A stretch of 64,000 bases of DNA from Octopus sinensis (taxonomy: Eukaryota), in the NCBI RefSeq assembly GCF_006345805.1, contig NC_043011.1:5208001-5272000 (forward strand), written 5' to 3'. The first letter of the stretch is position 1. Every line of letters begins with the position of its first letter. The translations under genes and the position numbers were made by a program. This document shows, one piece after another, positions 1 through 12,280 of this stretch. The notes beneath the pieces were generated by a model. The model did not search any database. It was not told the origin of the DNA and saw only the letters and a program-made list of their open reading frames with translations.

Positions 1-1050
1 TTTGAACGGACGTGGTCCTTCTCTCCACACTTGAAGCATCGGGGTCTACGTCCCTCCGCGGCCCCTCTCACTGTCAGCCCCTCCCCCATAAATACCTTGT
101 CGGATAAATTTTCCGACGTTTCGTTTGCCGCTTGGACTACCATTTCGAGAGTCTGGCCTCTCCAGTTATGACATCCTTCCTCTTCATCTGTAGGATAGAT
201 ACCTCCTCCTCGACGTCATAAATGACCGCCACTGCTACCCACATAACTTTGTAGCCTCCTGGGATTTCTTCCACTGTGATTTTTGCTGTCCTGCGTTCCA
301 AGTATGTGGGTAGCAGTATTATTTCTTCATTTTTTAATGTCTTTGTTGACACTTCCTGGGCAACGTTAGCCGTTTGGAACTGCGCTTCAACGGTCGCACT
401 TCGCGTTCCACGGCTAACGCAGCACACTTGGTTCCATTTTGGTGTCATGCACCTCTCGACTGCTTCATTTTTCGTTTCCATTAACCTTTTCTTCTTTTAA
501 GTTGTATATTTTATATACGACCGTTCTGGCGTTGATTGCATGTAGTTTCAGGAGGCGGCAACAGTTTAGTGTCGCTGCCACTTTTTAAAATTAAGTTTCT
601 AAACTTAAAAAGCTGTTCCATTTGAGCCTCTTGCTCGGTAACGTTTCCGCCCACCACGGCTGAGAAACTGGGTTTTTCCTGTGTTTCCTCTTGGTCACTT
701 TTACGACCTTTCCCCATCACAGGGAAATCTTTACGAGATTCAATATTAAATTCCATTACGAAATTTTAAACTTTGTCACAAATGACAATTCACAAACAAT
801 AATTAAATAAATGTGATAACCAGTAACGGTTAAACCAAACAGTTTTTCACAAAACTATTTTTTTCAACAGAATTTTCTGCCCCGTAGGGCGAAAATTACT
901 GTTTCACGACTTAAAGCAAAGTATTCAGTATACAACACAAAGTACAAAAACAAGAACGAACTCACATAACGCTGGATAGCAAAAATCCAATTATGACGCG
1001 CAAAAAGATGATTGGCCAGATGGCGTTGCTGGATTCACCATTCGAACATA
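1..1050 (-). mobile_element. 5' part/ORF1 relic of a non-LTR retrotransposon (L1/Tx1-like), frameshifted
   Basis: ORF pieces 511-756 and 137-481 join through INARTVVYKIYNLKEEKV. Homologous to the 40314-40740 relic. The clade assignment is inference. Confidence 0.5.
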
Positions 1051-1300
1051 TAGTTTTCAAAGTGACACATAGTTACTGATCAAAAAATAGAAAGTATTAT
1101 TATTTCTAAATCTCTCAAAGAGAGAATTCGGTAACGGTTCTTTAAAGTAAATGGTATTTCTCAACATAATGTGGCTGTCCTGGCTATATGACACACTATC
1201 TGTGTCTTTATATTTTCGAACTGGGAGCTCAGCACTCCCATCTAGCGTAAAATAATATCTGTGGACTAGTTTCTGGGTTATTGCCACATTATGTTAGCAA

Positions 1301-1355
<55 letters not shown>

Positions 1356-1495
1356 CACACACACACACACAAACACACATTTATATATAATCACCCCATT
1401 TTGAATTATATGGATAATACCATACTAAATTCTAGTGCTTTTAACTTAAGTACCATATTCATCTGAATCTAAATTTTACTGAACTTATATATATA

Positions 1496-1579
<84 letters not shown>

Positions 1580-1627
1580 ATATATACTACTAACCCCAAG
1601 ATTCCAAGTTCGAATAATAATAATAAT

Positions 1628-1665
<38 letters not shown>

Positions 1666-1799
1666 CGAAAAATACTTTAGGAATGAGAATCCAGGTTCGA
1701 AATTTCTCCCAAGACACCTGAAGAAGGCTGGAGAGTATATCAGATGAGGACAAATATCCGTCGAATGTAAATAATGTAAATAATATACATAATTCCCCA

Positions 1800-2450
1800 T
1801 CTCTTAAATATAGAAAAGTAGTTCTTCATTTCAGTTGTCCAAAAGAATATCCTCTTGAAAACACACTTAAAGAACGCGTTTATCGTTGCAAACATTGGCA
1901 AAAACATACCTTTAGTTCCTATAAGTAATTTCTACCAATCTCTAAAATTCAACCTTTAACTGTCTTCTTACATTTCATTTCCACTAAATACATCAATTTC
2001 CACGGCTTTAATCTTTATTCCTATTCACCTTTCGCACTACATTTCTCCACTCTTAGTTTTTTGCTAATTTCTTTCTTCCCCCTCCTTCTCTTTCTATAAA
2101 TTGCCTTTGACGTTAAATCTATTAACGGTTTTTTAAAAAATAACTTACCAGCATTCCCTCATTATAGATGCAGTAATCACATTCGGTTAAAATGTCTTAT
2201 TGATGCGTTTTGTTTCTCTTTTTGTTCCCTGATGAGAAGATAGCATTGTTTTACATATTTTATTCCTTCTGGAAAATACCAATGTTTTCTTCGAAACATA
2301 TGTCGGAAGTATAAAGATTTGAATAACACCTGCGTTTAACTCCATTTATTTATCTATCCGTGTCATACAAGAACATTTCACGAAACCCTTGAATTTCTAC
2401 CTTTACTAGTAGGCTGTTACATCCTTGGTAGTTATGTGAATTTTTGTTAC
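1800..2450 (+). mobile_element. Probable Penelope-like element 3' end (degenerate endonuclease tail, UTR and hammerhead)
   Basis: Ends with a hammerhead at 2225-2308. The upstream degenerate peptide (..STKYINFHGFNL) only weakly resembles PLE C-termini. Confidence 0.45.
2225..2308 (+). ncRNA. Type I hammerhead ribozyme (canonical core, minimal palindromic stem III)
   Basis: TTCC-CTGATGA-GAAGATAGCATTG..CAATGTTTTCTTC-GAAA-CATATG-TC-GGAA. Stem I is 4 bp, stem II about 12 bp, with a GUC cleavage triplet. Confidence 0.88.
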
Positions 2451-2552
2451 CCTAGTAACTATTTATTTATTTTTTCCGTATTGGAAAATACACATACATT
2501 TTATAAATACACACACATTTATACATTCATGTACATTGAAAAATACACATAC

Positions 2553-2592
<40 letters not shown>

Positions 2593-3118
2593 GCTACCGA
2601 GTCAGCATATTTGATGATATATATGAAATGAACAAATGTTGACAAGTATGAACAAGTAAATATAACATAAACGTAAATCTAGCGTTACTGTACAAACAAA
2701 GGAATGGTTAAGACGGAGTGCTCTTTCTATAGACTAGACACACACACACACAAATACAAAGGTATATATTAATTTACTGTGAAAAATTGTGGTCTAAGGT
2801 CTGCACAACAGGGGGTTTTGCTTTGTTTTGTAACTATATAGATATCTATGTACTTATCTAGGCTATTGTATTTCATATAATTCTTGGGAAGTAAAAAGTT
2901 GATAATTTTTAAAGCCAGGTGTCACATTAAATAATTTCTATACCACCTATAATTTACTTACACACCACCTACTCATTCACACATTAGCGCGCACACGCAC
3001 ATACACACATATGCAGAAAAAAAACCAGACGCACGCGTAGCTCAGTGGTAAAGAAATTTGCTTCTCAACTCTTATTCTGCGGGTTTGATTCCACTGCCTG
3101 ACATCTTCGGCACATACG

Positions 3119-3158
<40 letters not shown>

Positions 3159-3325
3159 ATATATATATATATATACATACATATATATACATTCATATTA
3201 TATAGAGGGTACTATTATTTATAGGTACCGACACGCTAGGAAGGACCCTTGCAGTCAAAACTACTAAAATAAACAATTTTACCGAATGCAAAACTTCAAA
3301 GCAAGTCATTTAAAAACAGAATTTA

Positions 3326-3389
3326 GTTACATATCACCTGTGATTTCGCAATCAATGCAGAATATGCATTCTATGCTCTTCAGTGCAAC
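3326..3389 (-). ncRNA. Type I hammerhead ribozyme, copy 1 of tandem pair
   Basis: Minus strand GTTGCA-CTGAAGA-GCA..TGC-GAAA-TCACAGGTGA-TA-TGTAAC. Stem I is 6 bp, stem III is AUCAC/GUGAU, with an AUA triplet. Confidence 0.85.
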
Positions 3390-3808
3390 GAACTCAAGAC
3401 ATGTAAGGAAAAAACACAATATAGCATACCTGACAGCCAACCGTAGAATTCGTCGTAGCATGAAGGAATGTTTATCTTTACATATCTATGAAAATGGCGG
3501 TCCTATTCGCAATGCATTTCGGTAACAATTTGTCTATTCGGAACAAAAATTCGGTATTGAACTATTCCGTTGAAAAATATAAATTTATATTTAAGGATAA
3601 AATCTTTATAAGAAATTATCAGTAGTTAGCGTGAAAAACCTCGTAAGAGAAATTTCCACTTTGAAAATATTTATTTATATTATATAGAGGGTACTATTAT
3701 TCACAGGTACCGACACGCTAGGAGGGACCCTTGCAGTCAAAACTACTAAAATAAACAAATTTTACCGAATGCAAAACTTCAAAGCAAGTCATTTAAAAAC
3801 AGAATTTA

Positions 3809-3872
3809 GTTACATATCACCTGTGATTTCGCAATCAATGCAGAATATGCATTCTATGCTCTTCAGTGCAAC
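3809..3872 (-). ncRNA. Type I hammerhead ribozyme, copy 2 of tandem pair
   Basis: Identical to 3326-3389, offset by 483 nt. Confidence 0.85.
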
Positions 3873-3904
3873 GAACTCAAGACATTAAATTTATATATAC
3901 ATTC

Positions 3905-3964
<60 letters not shown>

Positions 3965-3981
3965 TATATATATATACATAC

Positions 3982-4035
<54 letters not shown>

Positions 4036-4040
4036 CATAC

Positions 4041-4129
<89 letters not shown>

Positions 4130-4147
4130 CATACATACATATATATA

Positions 4148-4325
<178 letters not shown>

Positions 4326-4429
4326 CATACACGATTCAGTTGCGAGCGGAAAATAAAATTACATTACAAGACATAAATTAAAAGCGGAAAACAATCAATT
4401 CATTAAAAAATGAAAGAAATGCTGAAGGC

Positions 4430-5440
4430 TAAAAAGAAAAAAAAATATGCGCAACACAAATGTGAACCCGTTCTTAATGTGTGATAATGTGTTGATGTAC
4501 GCACAAAGAGTCGTAGTGCCAGCTACTCTACAGAAGCGATTACTGAAGGAATTTCACATTGGTCAGCCAGGGAGTTTCGAGAATGAAATCGTTAATGAGA
4601 AGTTATGAATATTGTCAAACAATGGACCGTGACATTGAAGAACTAGTGAGAGCATGCAGAGGGTGTGCCTTTGTTGCAAATGCACCGACCACTAAATGGC
4701 AACCGTGGCCAAAAAACAGATATTCCATGGGCCAGACTGCATGTTGATTATGTAGGTCCACCTAATGGTTCATACTACCTTGTTGTGGTGGACAGTTTTT
4801 TAAAGTGGCCTGAAGTGCATAAGTGTAAAAAGATCAGATCCGTTTTTGATAAATTGGTACTAAGTGAACATAGAAAAAAGGCGAACAAATATACTTCAAA
4901 GTTCATGTTAGATGACAAAGTGTTTTTTAAACCTATAGTAAAGAAAGCTGGGAGGAGGGTGTAATTATTACCTAAATTGAAAGAATGTTATTCCTGGTAA
5001 AAGGAAAAAATGTCGAATATAAAAGACATATTAACCAACTTTGTAAAAGATTCACGGAAAAAACGGTCACGTGAAATGAAAGTATTGTACGACACGTCTG
5101 AGGTACCAACACCCAAACAATTTGAAACCACACGTTCTAGCATCAGAAAACGGGGAAAAAAAACGGAAACACTGGTATTGAACCCTGAGCGCAAGAGATA
5201 TTAAAACTCTGAGCGGAATATAATTCTCAAAAGAAGAAGTTAGGGGAAGCTAATTCTAAAAGGGGGAGGTGCTGTGGAAGGATTCCGACCACCCCCATGT
5301 GACTAAAAGTGGACTGAAATATTGCTATCAGCATTTCAGGGTAAGCAATTAACTGTGAACCGTTGACAGAGCGTTTAACTTCATGTAACAATAATCGTAG
5401 TGCGTCATATGAATACTTTCTTCCCCCTGCTTCGTTAAAT
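4430..5440 (+). mobile_element. Ty3/Gypsy LTR retrotransposon relic: integrase fragment, PPT and 3' LTR start
   Basis: GVSRMKSLMRSY..CRGC (zinc-binding region) and PWARLHVDYVGP..YLVVVDSF..WPEV (rve core, internally deleted). Polypurine tract AAAAGGGGGAGG at 5258-5269 is followed by TG. Confidence 0.85.
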
Positions 5441-5478
5441 TATTTATCCAACTCCAGGATATAAAAAATATATATATA

Positions 5479-6600
5479 CAGGGTGGAGGAGCAAAACTTG
5501 CAAAATTGCTGTAACATTTGAAACTCTTTCATTGCGCATCAATAGGTTAAGCAATTTAAAAATAGGTTAATAACATTCACATATATTTACAAAATGAATA
5601 ATTTATCCTGTATGGCTTCCATTGTTTGCAATTACAGCCTCCACACTGCCCCGGAACCCTGCACAGCTCTTCACTACGAAGTCGTTGGACATTCTGGCCT
5701 ACTCATCATTGATAGCAACCTTCAGAGTGTTGATGCTGAGGTGTTCCAAAATGCCCCATACAGCATAGTCCAGAAGGTTGAGATCTGGGCTGGAAGAAGG
5801 CCAGAAGTCCGCAGGCAAGCCAGAAAGAAGCAAAGTTAGATTTGCAGAAATTTTGTACCTTCTTGGCAGTATGGCTGGAAGCACCATCCTAGGTTCACAC
5901 ATAGTTGCCCTCTGGGTTGTTGGCCTTGAGCCATTGTAAGGCATGGTACCTCAGCGTCTTGTAGTAGGTGTCAGCACTCGCCTTTTCTCTGGGCTTGTAG
6001 AAGTAGATTGGCATCTTTCTTGAGTCGGAAGCCACATCTAAGGCCTCGACCTGTTGACTCCGCAGTGTACCAGTCGTTTCTGTGGTTCACAATGGCATCC
6101 ACTGAGATCTCGTCAGAGAAAGTTTTCACAGTGGACTCGTTCTTCTTGAGGTATGTGAGAACCTTTCTGCACCTCTCCAGTCTCCTGGCCTTCGTAGGTT
6201 CTGTTAGCAGGTATCTTGGTGTCCTGGTGTAAGACTTGAGGCCCAAGTCATCATTCACAGCTGTTCAGATCGTCTTGGCGTCCGCTTCAAGTTCAGAATA
6301 TCGTTGGGTCCGTTGAAATTTTGGACTTGGGGTTTTCATGAAGTCATGGTTCCGTTTCTTGTTGGTCCCACTGCTGCCAGACTTCCTCTGAAAGCCTGTT
6401 GCTTATGTCCATTCTCTTCTTGGCTTAATAAACTGCGTGTAAGAATAGTTCGGCTATGCCTGAGATCCGCTCCGGGTCTATTTGGACACGGACCAAATCA
6501 CAGACTCTTTGGAGTTTGTCTTCCTGTGCGGTCATTATCTCTAATATCCCTACAAGAAAAAAATACAATAATAAATAAAAATGAATTTATTATTAGCTGA
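5479..6600 (-). mobile_element. Tc1/mariner (maT/DD37D-like) transposon, decayed
   Basis: DLGLKSY..RRLERC..FSDE and FWPSSSPDLNLLDYAVWG motifs. The end TA|CAGGGTG is at 5477-5485. The other TIR was not found. Confidence 0.8.
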
Positions 6601-6699
6601 CAATGTATTCTTTGTTCTGCATTAGGTTTCATATCATTTGGTGTAGAGGCTGCTGTGAAATATTAGTGCAACTTTTAATGCAAGGTTTGCTTCCCCGAT

Positions 6700-6923
6700 C
6701 TCGAACCCACAAGAATAAACAAGAGAGACAGATACAGGTAGAAACAAGGAAAATGCCCCTTGTATTTGAATACTATGCAAATATTCTTTTAAAATACTTT
6801 TCATTTAATTTTTCCAAAATTTAATTGTTTCCATACTTACAGTTGAAAAAGTCTAAATGATTGAAACCGGTACTGAAATGTTTTTTATATAATTGTTTTA
6901 GCATCTTCTACCTTGACTTTTTT

Positions 6924-6930
<7 letters not shown>
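6700..6930 (+). mobile_element. 3' tail of a Penelope-like element (homolog of 14250-14470)
   Basis: Alignable by eye with 14262-14468, has the same U3:A8 hammerhead and ends in (AT)n. Confidence 0.7.
6840..6875 (+). ncRNA. Minimal type I hammerhead, U3:A8 core variant
   Basis: CAG-TTGAAAA-AGTC-taaat-GATT-GAAA-CCGG-TA-CTG, with palindromic ACCGGT stem III and a GUA triplet. Confidence 0.72.
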
Positions 6931-7004
<74 letters not shown>

Positions 7005-7219
7005 GTGAAATAGAAAGATGAATAATCTTGTAGCAGATTAATCAAAAGTTTAACCGATACCTTGGTAGCAAAAATCACAGCAGAAGACAGCACGGTTGGA
7101 GGTACAACCATATGGTGTTGCAACCGTGCGTTGGTGCGGATAATTGAATTTTAATATTATTGGTGAATTGAAGAAATGGAGCTGTTCAATCTTCGTTCAG
7201 CTCCATTTCTTCAATTCAC

Positions 7220-7273
<54 letters not shown>

Positions 7274-7419
7274 ATACACACATGTATATGTATATATATG
7301 TGTATGTATGTATGTATGCGTGTGCGTTATATGTATATACATACATACACATAAACACATACACACATTGATTTCAAATTGTGGCCGAGGGCCAACAATT
7401 TTAGGGGAGGGGTAAGTCA

Positions 7420-8232
7420 GTTACATCGACCCCAGTATTTAATTGATACTTATTTTATCGATTCCGAAATGCTGAAAGGAAAAGTTGATCTCGGCAGAAT
7501 TTGAACTCAGAACGTGCAGACGTATGCTGCTAAGCATTTTACCCGGCGTGCTAACGATTCCTATTTCATTATTGCCCACAAGGGGCTAAACACAGAGGAC
7601 AAACAAGGACAGACAAACGGATTAAGTCGATTACATCGACCCCAGTGCGTACAAAGAAAGTGAGGACTAAGAAAGACAGACAAACAGATTAAGTCGATTA
7701 TATCGACTCGACCCCAATGCGTAACTGGTACTTATTTAATCGAACCCGAAAGGGTGAAACGCAAAGTCGACCTCGGCGGAATTTGAACTCAGAACGCAGT
7801 AGCAGACGAAATACCTATTTCTTTACTACCCACAAGGGGCTAAACACACAGAGAACAAACAAAGACAGACAAACGGATTAAGTCGATTATATCGACCCCA
7901 GTGCGTAACTGGTACTTATTTAATCGACCTCGAAAGGGTGAAAGACAAAGTCGACTTCGGCGGAATTTGAACTCAGAACGTAGCGGCAGACGAAATACCT
8001 ATTTCTTTACTACCCACAAGGGGCTAAACACAGAGAGGACAAAACAAGGACAGACATAGGTATTAAGTCGATTACATCGACCCCAGTGCGTAACTGGTAC
8101 TTATTTAATCGACCCCGAAAGGATGAAAGGCAAAGTCGACCTCGGTGGAATTTGAACTCAGAACGTAGCGGCAGACGAAATACCGCTAGGCATTTCGCCC
8201 GGCATACTAACGTTTCTGCCAGCTCGCCACCT
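7420..8232 (-). mobile_element. Tandem cluster of about four partial/complete copies of tRNA-derived SINE family B
   Basis: Repeated modules gtcgacctcggcggaatttgaactcagaacgt and ctattctttactacccacaaggggctaaacac. Confidence 0.85.
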
Positions 8233-8261
8233 TACACACACACTCACACACACACACGCAC

Positions 8262-8311
<50 letters not shown>

Positions 8312-9425
8312 CACTCATAGCTACATTTAAACAAATGAATGTGGGAATGTTATTTCTAAAAGTTGTAAAATGCGAATAAAATCGATAAAAAAAGCTTTAA
8401 AATTCTCAGTAAACAAATGAACAAATAAGGAAACTTAGTTTTCGTTCAGTTCCCACCGATAAGAAATCATTAAAGTTTGCTCTAAATGACGGACGGGTGT
8501 TTTCTTGATTTTATTGTTCGCGTGACACAGAATTTGACAAGGATGGCCTTTTGAAAAAAAGGGTAGAACTCATTTTTGCCGGTTGAGTGAACTGGGGCCA
8601 CATGAAATAAAGTGTCTTGCTCAAGGACTCAACGCGCCGCCGGCTGTCCAATTTACGACCTTAGAATTGTGAACCAACTGTCCCTAACCACTAAACCACG
8701 CGCCTTCACTGAGATGAAACATAGGAATACATTATGCATTCCTCCTTTTTTAAGGTGACGGTGTAAGTTGAAGGATATACGACTGCTATTCCAGGCGGTA
8801 CCATGGCCAATGTGGTAAATCCGAGGCGTGGTTATTGCTAGTTGAAAACTATTCCAGTGGAGGCTTCTATTTTGGCTTGTCTTGACAGTCAGCAAAAGAT
8901 AAAATTCAATGTTATGGCCCTACAGATATCGTACATTAGAAATCAATATTGGCTTTATTTAAGGCAGCGAGCTAGCAGAATCGTTAGCAGGCAACACACA
9001 CACTTATACACGGGGCTTCTGCACAATCTCCATTGACCAAATTCACTCGTAAAACATTGTTCAACCTGGGGCTTGTAGTAGTAAACAATTGTCCAGGTGC
9101 CATGTAGTGGGATTGAACCTGAAACCACACAATGCAAAGTGGACATTTTATTCACACACCCTTTGTGTTTATATTATATACGAGCAGAGATACCCGGCGT
9201 TGGTTGCGATTAGAATGGCATAGTTTGTTTATTGTTTTACTTGTTTCAGTCATGTGACTGCGGACATGCTGGAGCACCGCATTTCGTCGAAGAAATCGAC
9301 CCCAGGATTCATTTTGTTGTAAGCCTAGTACTTATTCTCTTAGAGTGTTTTGCAAAACGGCTAACTTACGGGGACGTAAACAGAGCAACATCGGTTGTCA
9401 AGCAATGGTGGCGGTACAAACACAG

Positions 9426-9456
<31 letters not shown>

Positions 9457-9494
9457 TTTATATACATATATATATATATATATGTATATATATG

Positions 9495-9530
<36 letters not shown>

Positions 9531-9546
9531 CATATATATAGATATA

Positions 9547-9583
<37 letters not shown>

Positions 9584-9585
<2 letters not shown>

Positions 9586-9918
9586 AGGCACATGGACTAG
9601 TGGTTAGAGCAGCGGACTCGCGGTCGAGGGATCGCGAGGTCGAATCTCAGACCTGGCGATGTGTGTGTTTATGAGTGAAAACACCTAAGCTCCGTGCTGC
9701 TCCGACAGAAGGTAATGGCGAACTTCTGCTGACTCTTTCGCCACAACTTTCTCTCATTCTTTCCTCCTGCATCTTGCAGCTCACCTACGATGGACCGGCG
9801 TCCCGTCCAGATGGGGAAGCTATAAGCCAAGGAAACCGGGAAACTGGCCCTTATGAGCCAGGTGTAGCTGGAGAAAGAACAAACAAACAAACAACATAAT
9901 ACACACATATATCCTTAC

Positions 9919-9997
<79 letters not shown>

Positions 9998-10307
9998 TTA
10001 ATAAATAAAATAAAACATATATATATATACGGAGGCGCAATGGCGGTCGCAGGATCGCGGTTTCGATTCCCAGACCGGGCGTTGTGTGTGTTTATTGAGC
10101 GAAAACATCTAAAAGCTCCACGAGGCTCCGGCAGGGGGTGGTGATCCCTGCTGTACTCTTTCACCACTCTTTCTCCCACTCTTTCTTCTGTTGGCCTGCT
10201 CGCTTAGCCAGCGGGGTGGCGTCATTCGAAGGCTAAAATAATGCGAACGCATTGTGACCAGCGATGTGTAACAACATCTGATGGTTTGGTCTGGTCGGTC
10301 ACGTGAT

Positions 10308-10358
<51 letters not shown>

Positions 10359-10474
10359 ACATACACTTCCATATATATATATATATATATATATATACTT
10401 TATTTTAAGCAGCAGAAAATTCAACAAAATCTGTTACTCTGAGTTTCTCGTTGCCGTTCATCAGACAGTTTTTG

Positions 10475-10548
<74 letters not shown>

Positions 10549-10551
10549 ATG

Positions 10552-10589
<38 letters not shown>

Positions 10590-10975
10590 AATATATACGT
10601 ATATGCGGAGGTGCAATGACCCAGTTGTTAGGGCCACAGACTCGCAGTTTCCATTCCTAGACCGGGCGTGAGTGTGTGTTTATTGAGCAAAAACACCGAA
10701 AGCTCCACGAGACACGGCAAGGGGTACTGGAGAACCCTTCTGTACTCTTTCACCAAAACTTTCTCTCACTCGTTCTTCCTGTTTCTCTTGTACCTGTATT
10801 TCAAAGGAGCCAGCCTTGCCACAAACTGTGTCATGCTGAATCTGCCCAAGAACTACGTTAGGGGTACACGTGTCTGTGGAGTGCTCAGCCACTTGCACGT
10901 TAATTTCATGAGCAAGCTGTTCTGTTGATCAGATCAACTGGAACCCTCGTTGTTAAAATCGACGGAGTGCCACGA
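9584..10975 (+). mobile_element. Three copies of tRNA-derived SINE family C (about 9584-9880, 10030-10315, 10606-10975) separated by (AT)n
   Basis: Shared head ggaggcgcaatggcccagtggttagggcagcggactcgcgg...gattcccagaccgggcg. Further copies at 26215-26690 (+) and 48220-48530 (-). Confidence 0.8.
10431..10468 (-). ncRNA. Minimal type I hammerhead (weak stem II)
   Basis: Minus strand CTGT-CTGATGA-aCG-GCAA-CGa-GAAA-CTCAGAG-TA-ACAG. The first stem II pair is an A.A mismatch. Confidence 0.7.
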
Positions 10976-11009
10976 TACATTTATATGTATATGTACAAAT
11001 ATATATGTA

Positions 11010-11043
<34 letters not shown>

Positions 11044-11956
11044 CACACACATATATATGTATACATGTATATATACATATATATATGTATATACACATAT
11101 ATGTATATATATATATTTATAAATACATATATATATATATAATATATATATATATATATGTTAATAAAATAGAACATATGCATATATATAAACATATATG
11201 TACGTACCTACCTCTACATGTACATATACACGCATATATGTGTACAGGACACCAAAAAGACGTCGAACACATAGAGAGACGAAACACATAGACACAAACC
11301 AAGGAACAAGACAAGCAAAAAAAAGGAGAGATACAGGACAATAAGCACAACGAAAAATCCCCTTCTTCAGTCGCTAAGATTTCATCTACTAAACGTTTCG
11401 AAGGATAAAAGCGAGACGTATACTTCGAAGAAAAATTCCTTCCCGAGAAAAGCAAATCAATTAAAATTCTGAGATCTTTTCGCAGAGGGGTAAAAAAAAG
11501 CAAGACGGTAACGACAGTACAAACATATAAACAGTAAAAAATATATATATAAACAGTGGAAAAATAAATATATAACAGTGAGAGACAGGACAAGGAGAAC
11601 AAGATAAGAAGGGCTGTTAACGCCAGACGAAAAAAGTATTGCAAACGCTGGATTATCGTGGAAGACGAGAGAGGGAAAATTTGCCGACCAGAAGCCTTAC
11701 AAGGCGGGCGAGAAAGGACAGGATAGCAGTTACGACGGAAGTATCGTCGCAGATGGATGACGGGAATGGGGGAAGAGGAGCAAGAGGAAGAGAGAGAAGA
11801 AGGGGAATGGTGCGAGGAGACCATGAAGAATGGTGAAAGGGAGAGAGAGAATGAAGAATGAGAGAGAGAGGAAGAGACAAGTTAAGTGAGGGAAAAAAAG
11901 ACGAAAAAGGGAATGGGAGAGAAAGAAAGAAAGAAAGATGCAGAGTCGCGTGAGAG

Positions 11957-12022
<66 letters not shown>

Positions 12023-12074
12023 TCCTATATATATACGTAATATATATATACATATATATATATGTGTGTGTATA

Positions 12075-12121
<47 letters not shown>

Positions 12122-12243
12122 ATATGTAAATATATATAAGTCTGTATGTATGTGTATATATACATATATATTTGTATATATATATATATATATATATATA
12201 AGAGAGAGAGGAGAGCGAGAGAGAGAGAGAGAAATATATATAT

Positions 12244-12277
<34 letters not shown>

Positions 12278-12280
<3 letters not shown>

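Larger units (their letters stand above)
3195..3885 (-). repeat. Direct repeat (~208 bp x2, period ~483 bp) carrying hammerheads; PLE pseudo-LTR or retrozyme
   Basis: 3195-3402 and 3677-3885 differ at only a few positions. Flanked by (AT)n on both sides. Confidence 0.85.

Noticed and set aside
1705-1760. Hammerhead start acac-CTGAAGA-aggctg..cag; complementary relic at about 15465-15510 (-)
   Set aside because: The first lacks the GAAA/stem III half. The second lacks the CUGANGA half and has AAAA for GAAA. Both are broken copies.
7075-7140. CAGAAGA followed by a gcacggttg/caaccgtgc stem
   Set aside because: Core U4 is mutated and there is no GAAA or stem III. At most a decayed hammerhead.
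11350-11410. Possible type II hammerhead on the minus strand (ccttc-GAAA-cg-tt...CTGAAGA-agggg)
   Set aside because: Stem I does not close on the core and stem II starts with a mismatch. The related copy at 14776 does not keep the arrangement.
11117-11824. 235-aa ORF with hydrophobic stretches
   Set aside because: It is low-complexity, crosses microsatellites and purine tracts of a repeat tail, and has no domain signal.
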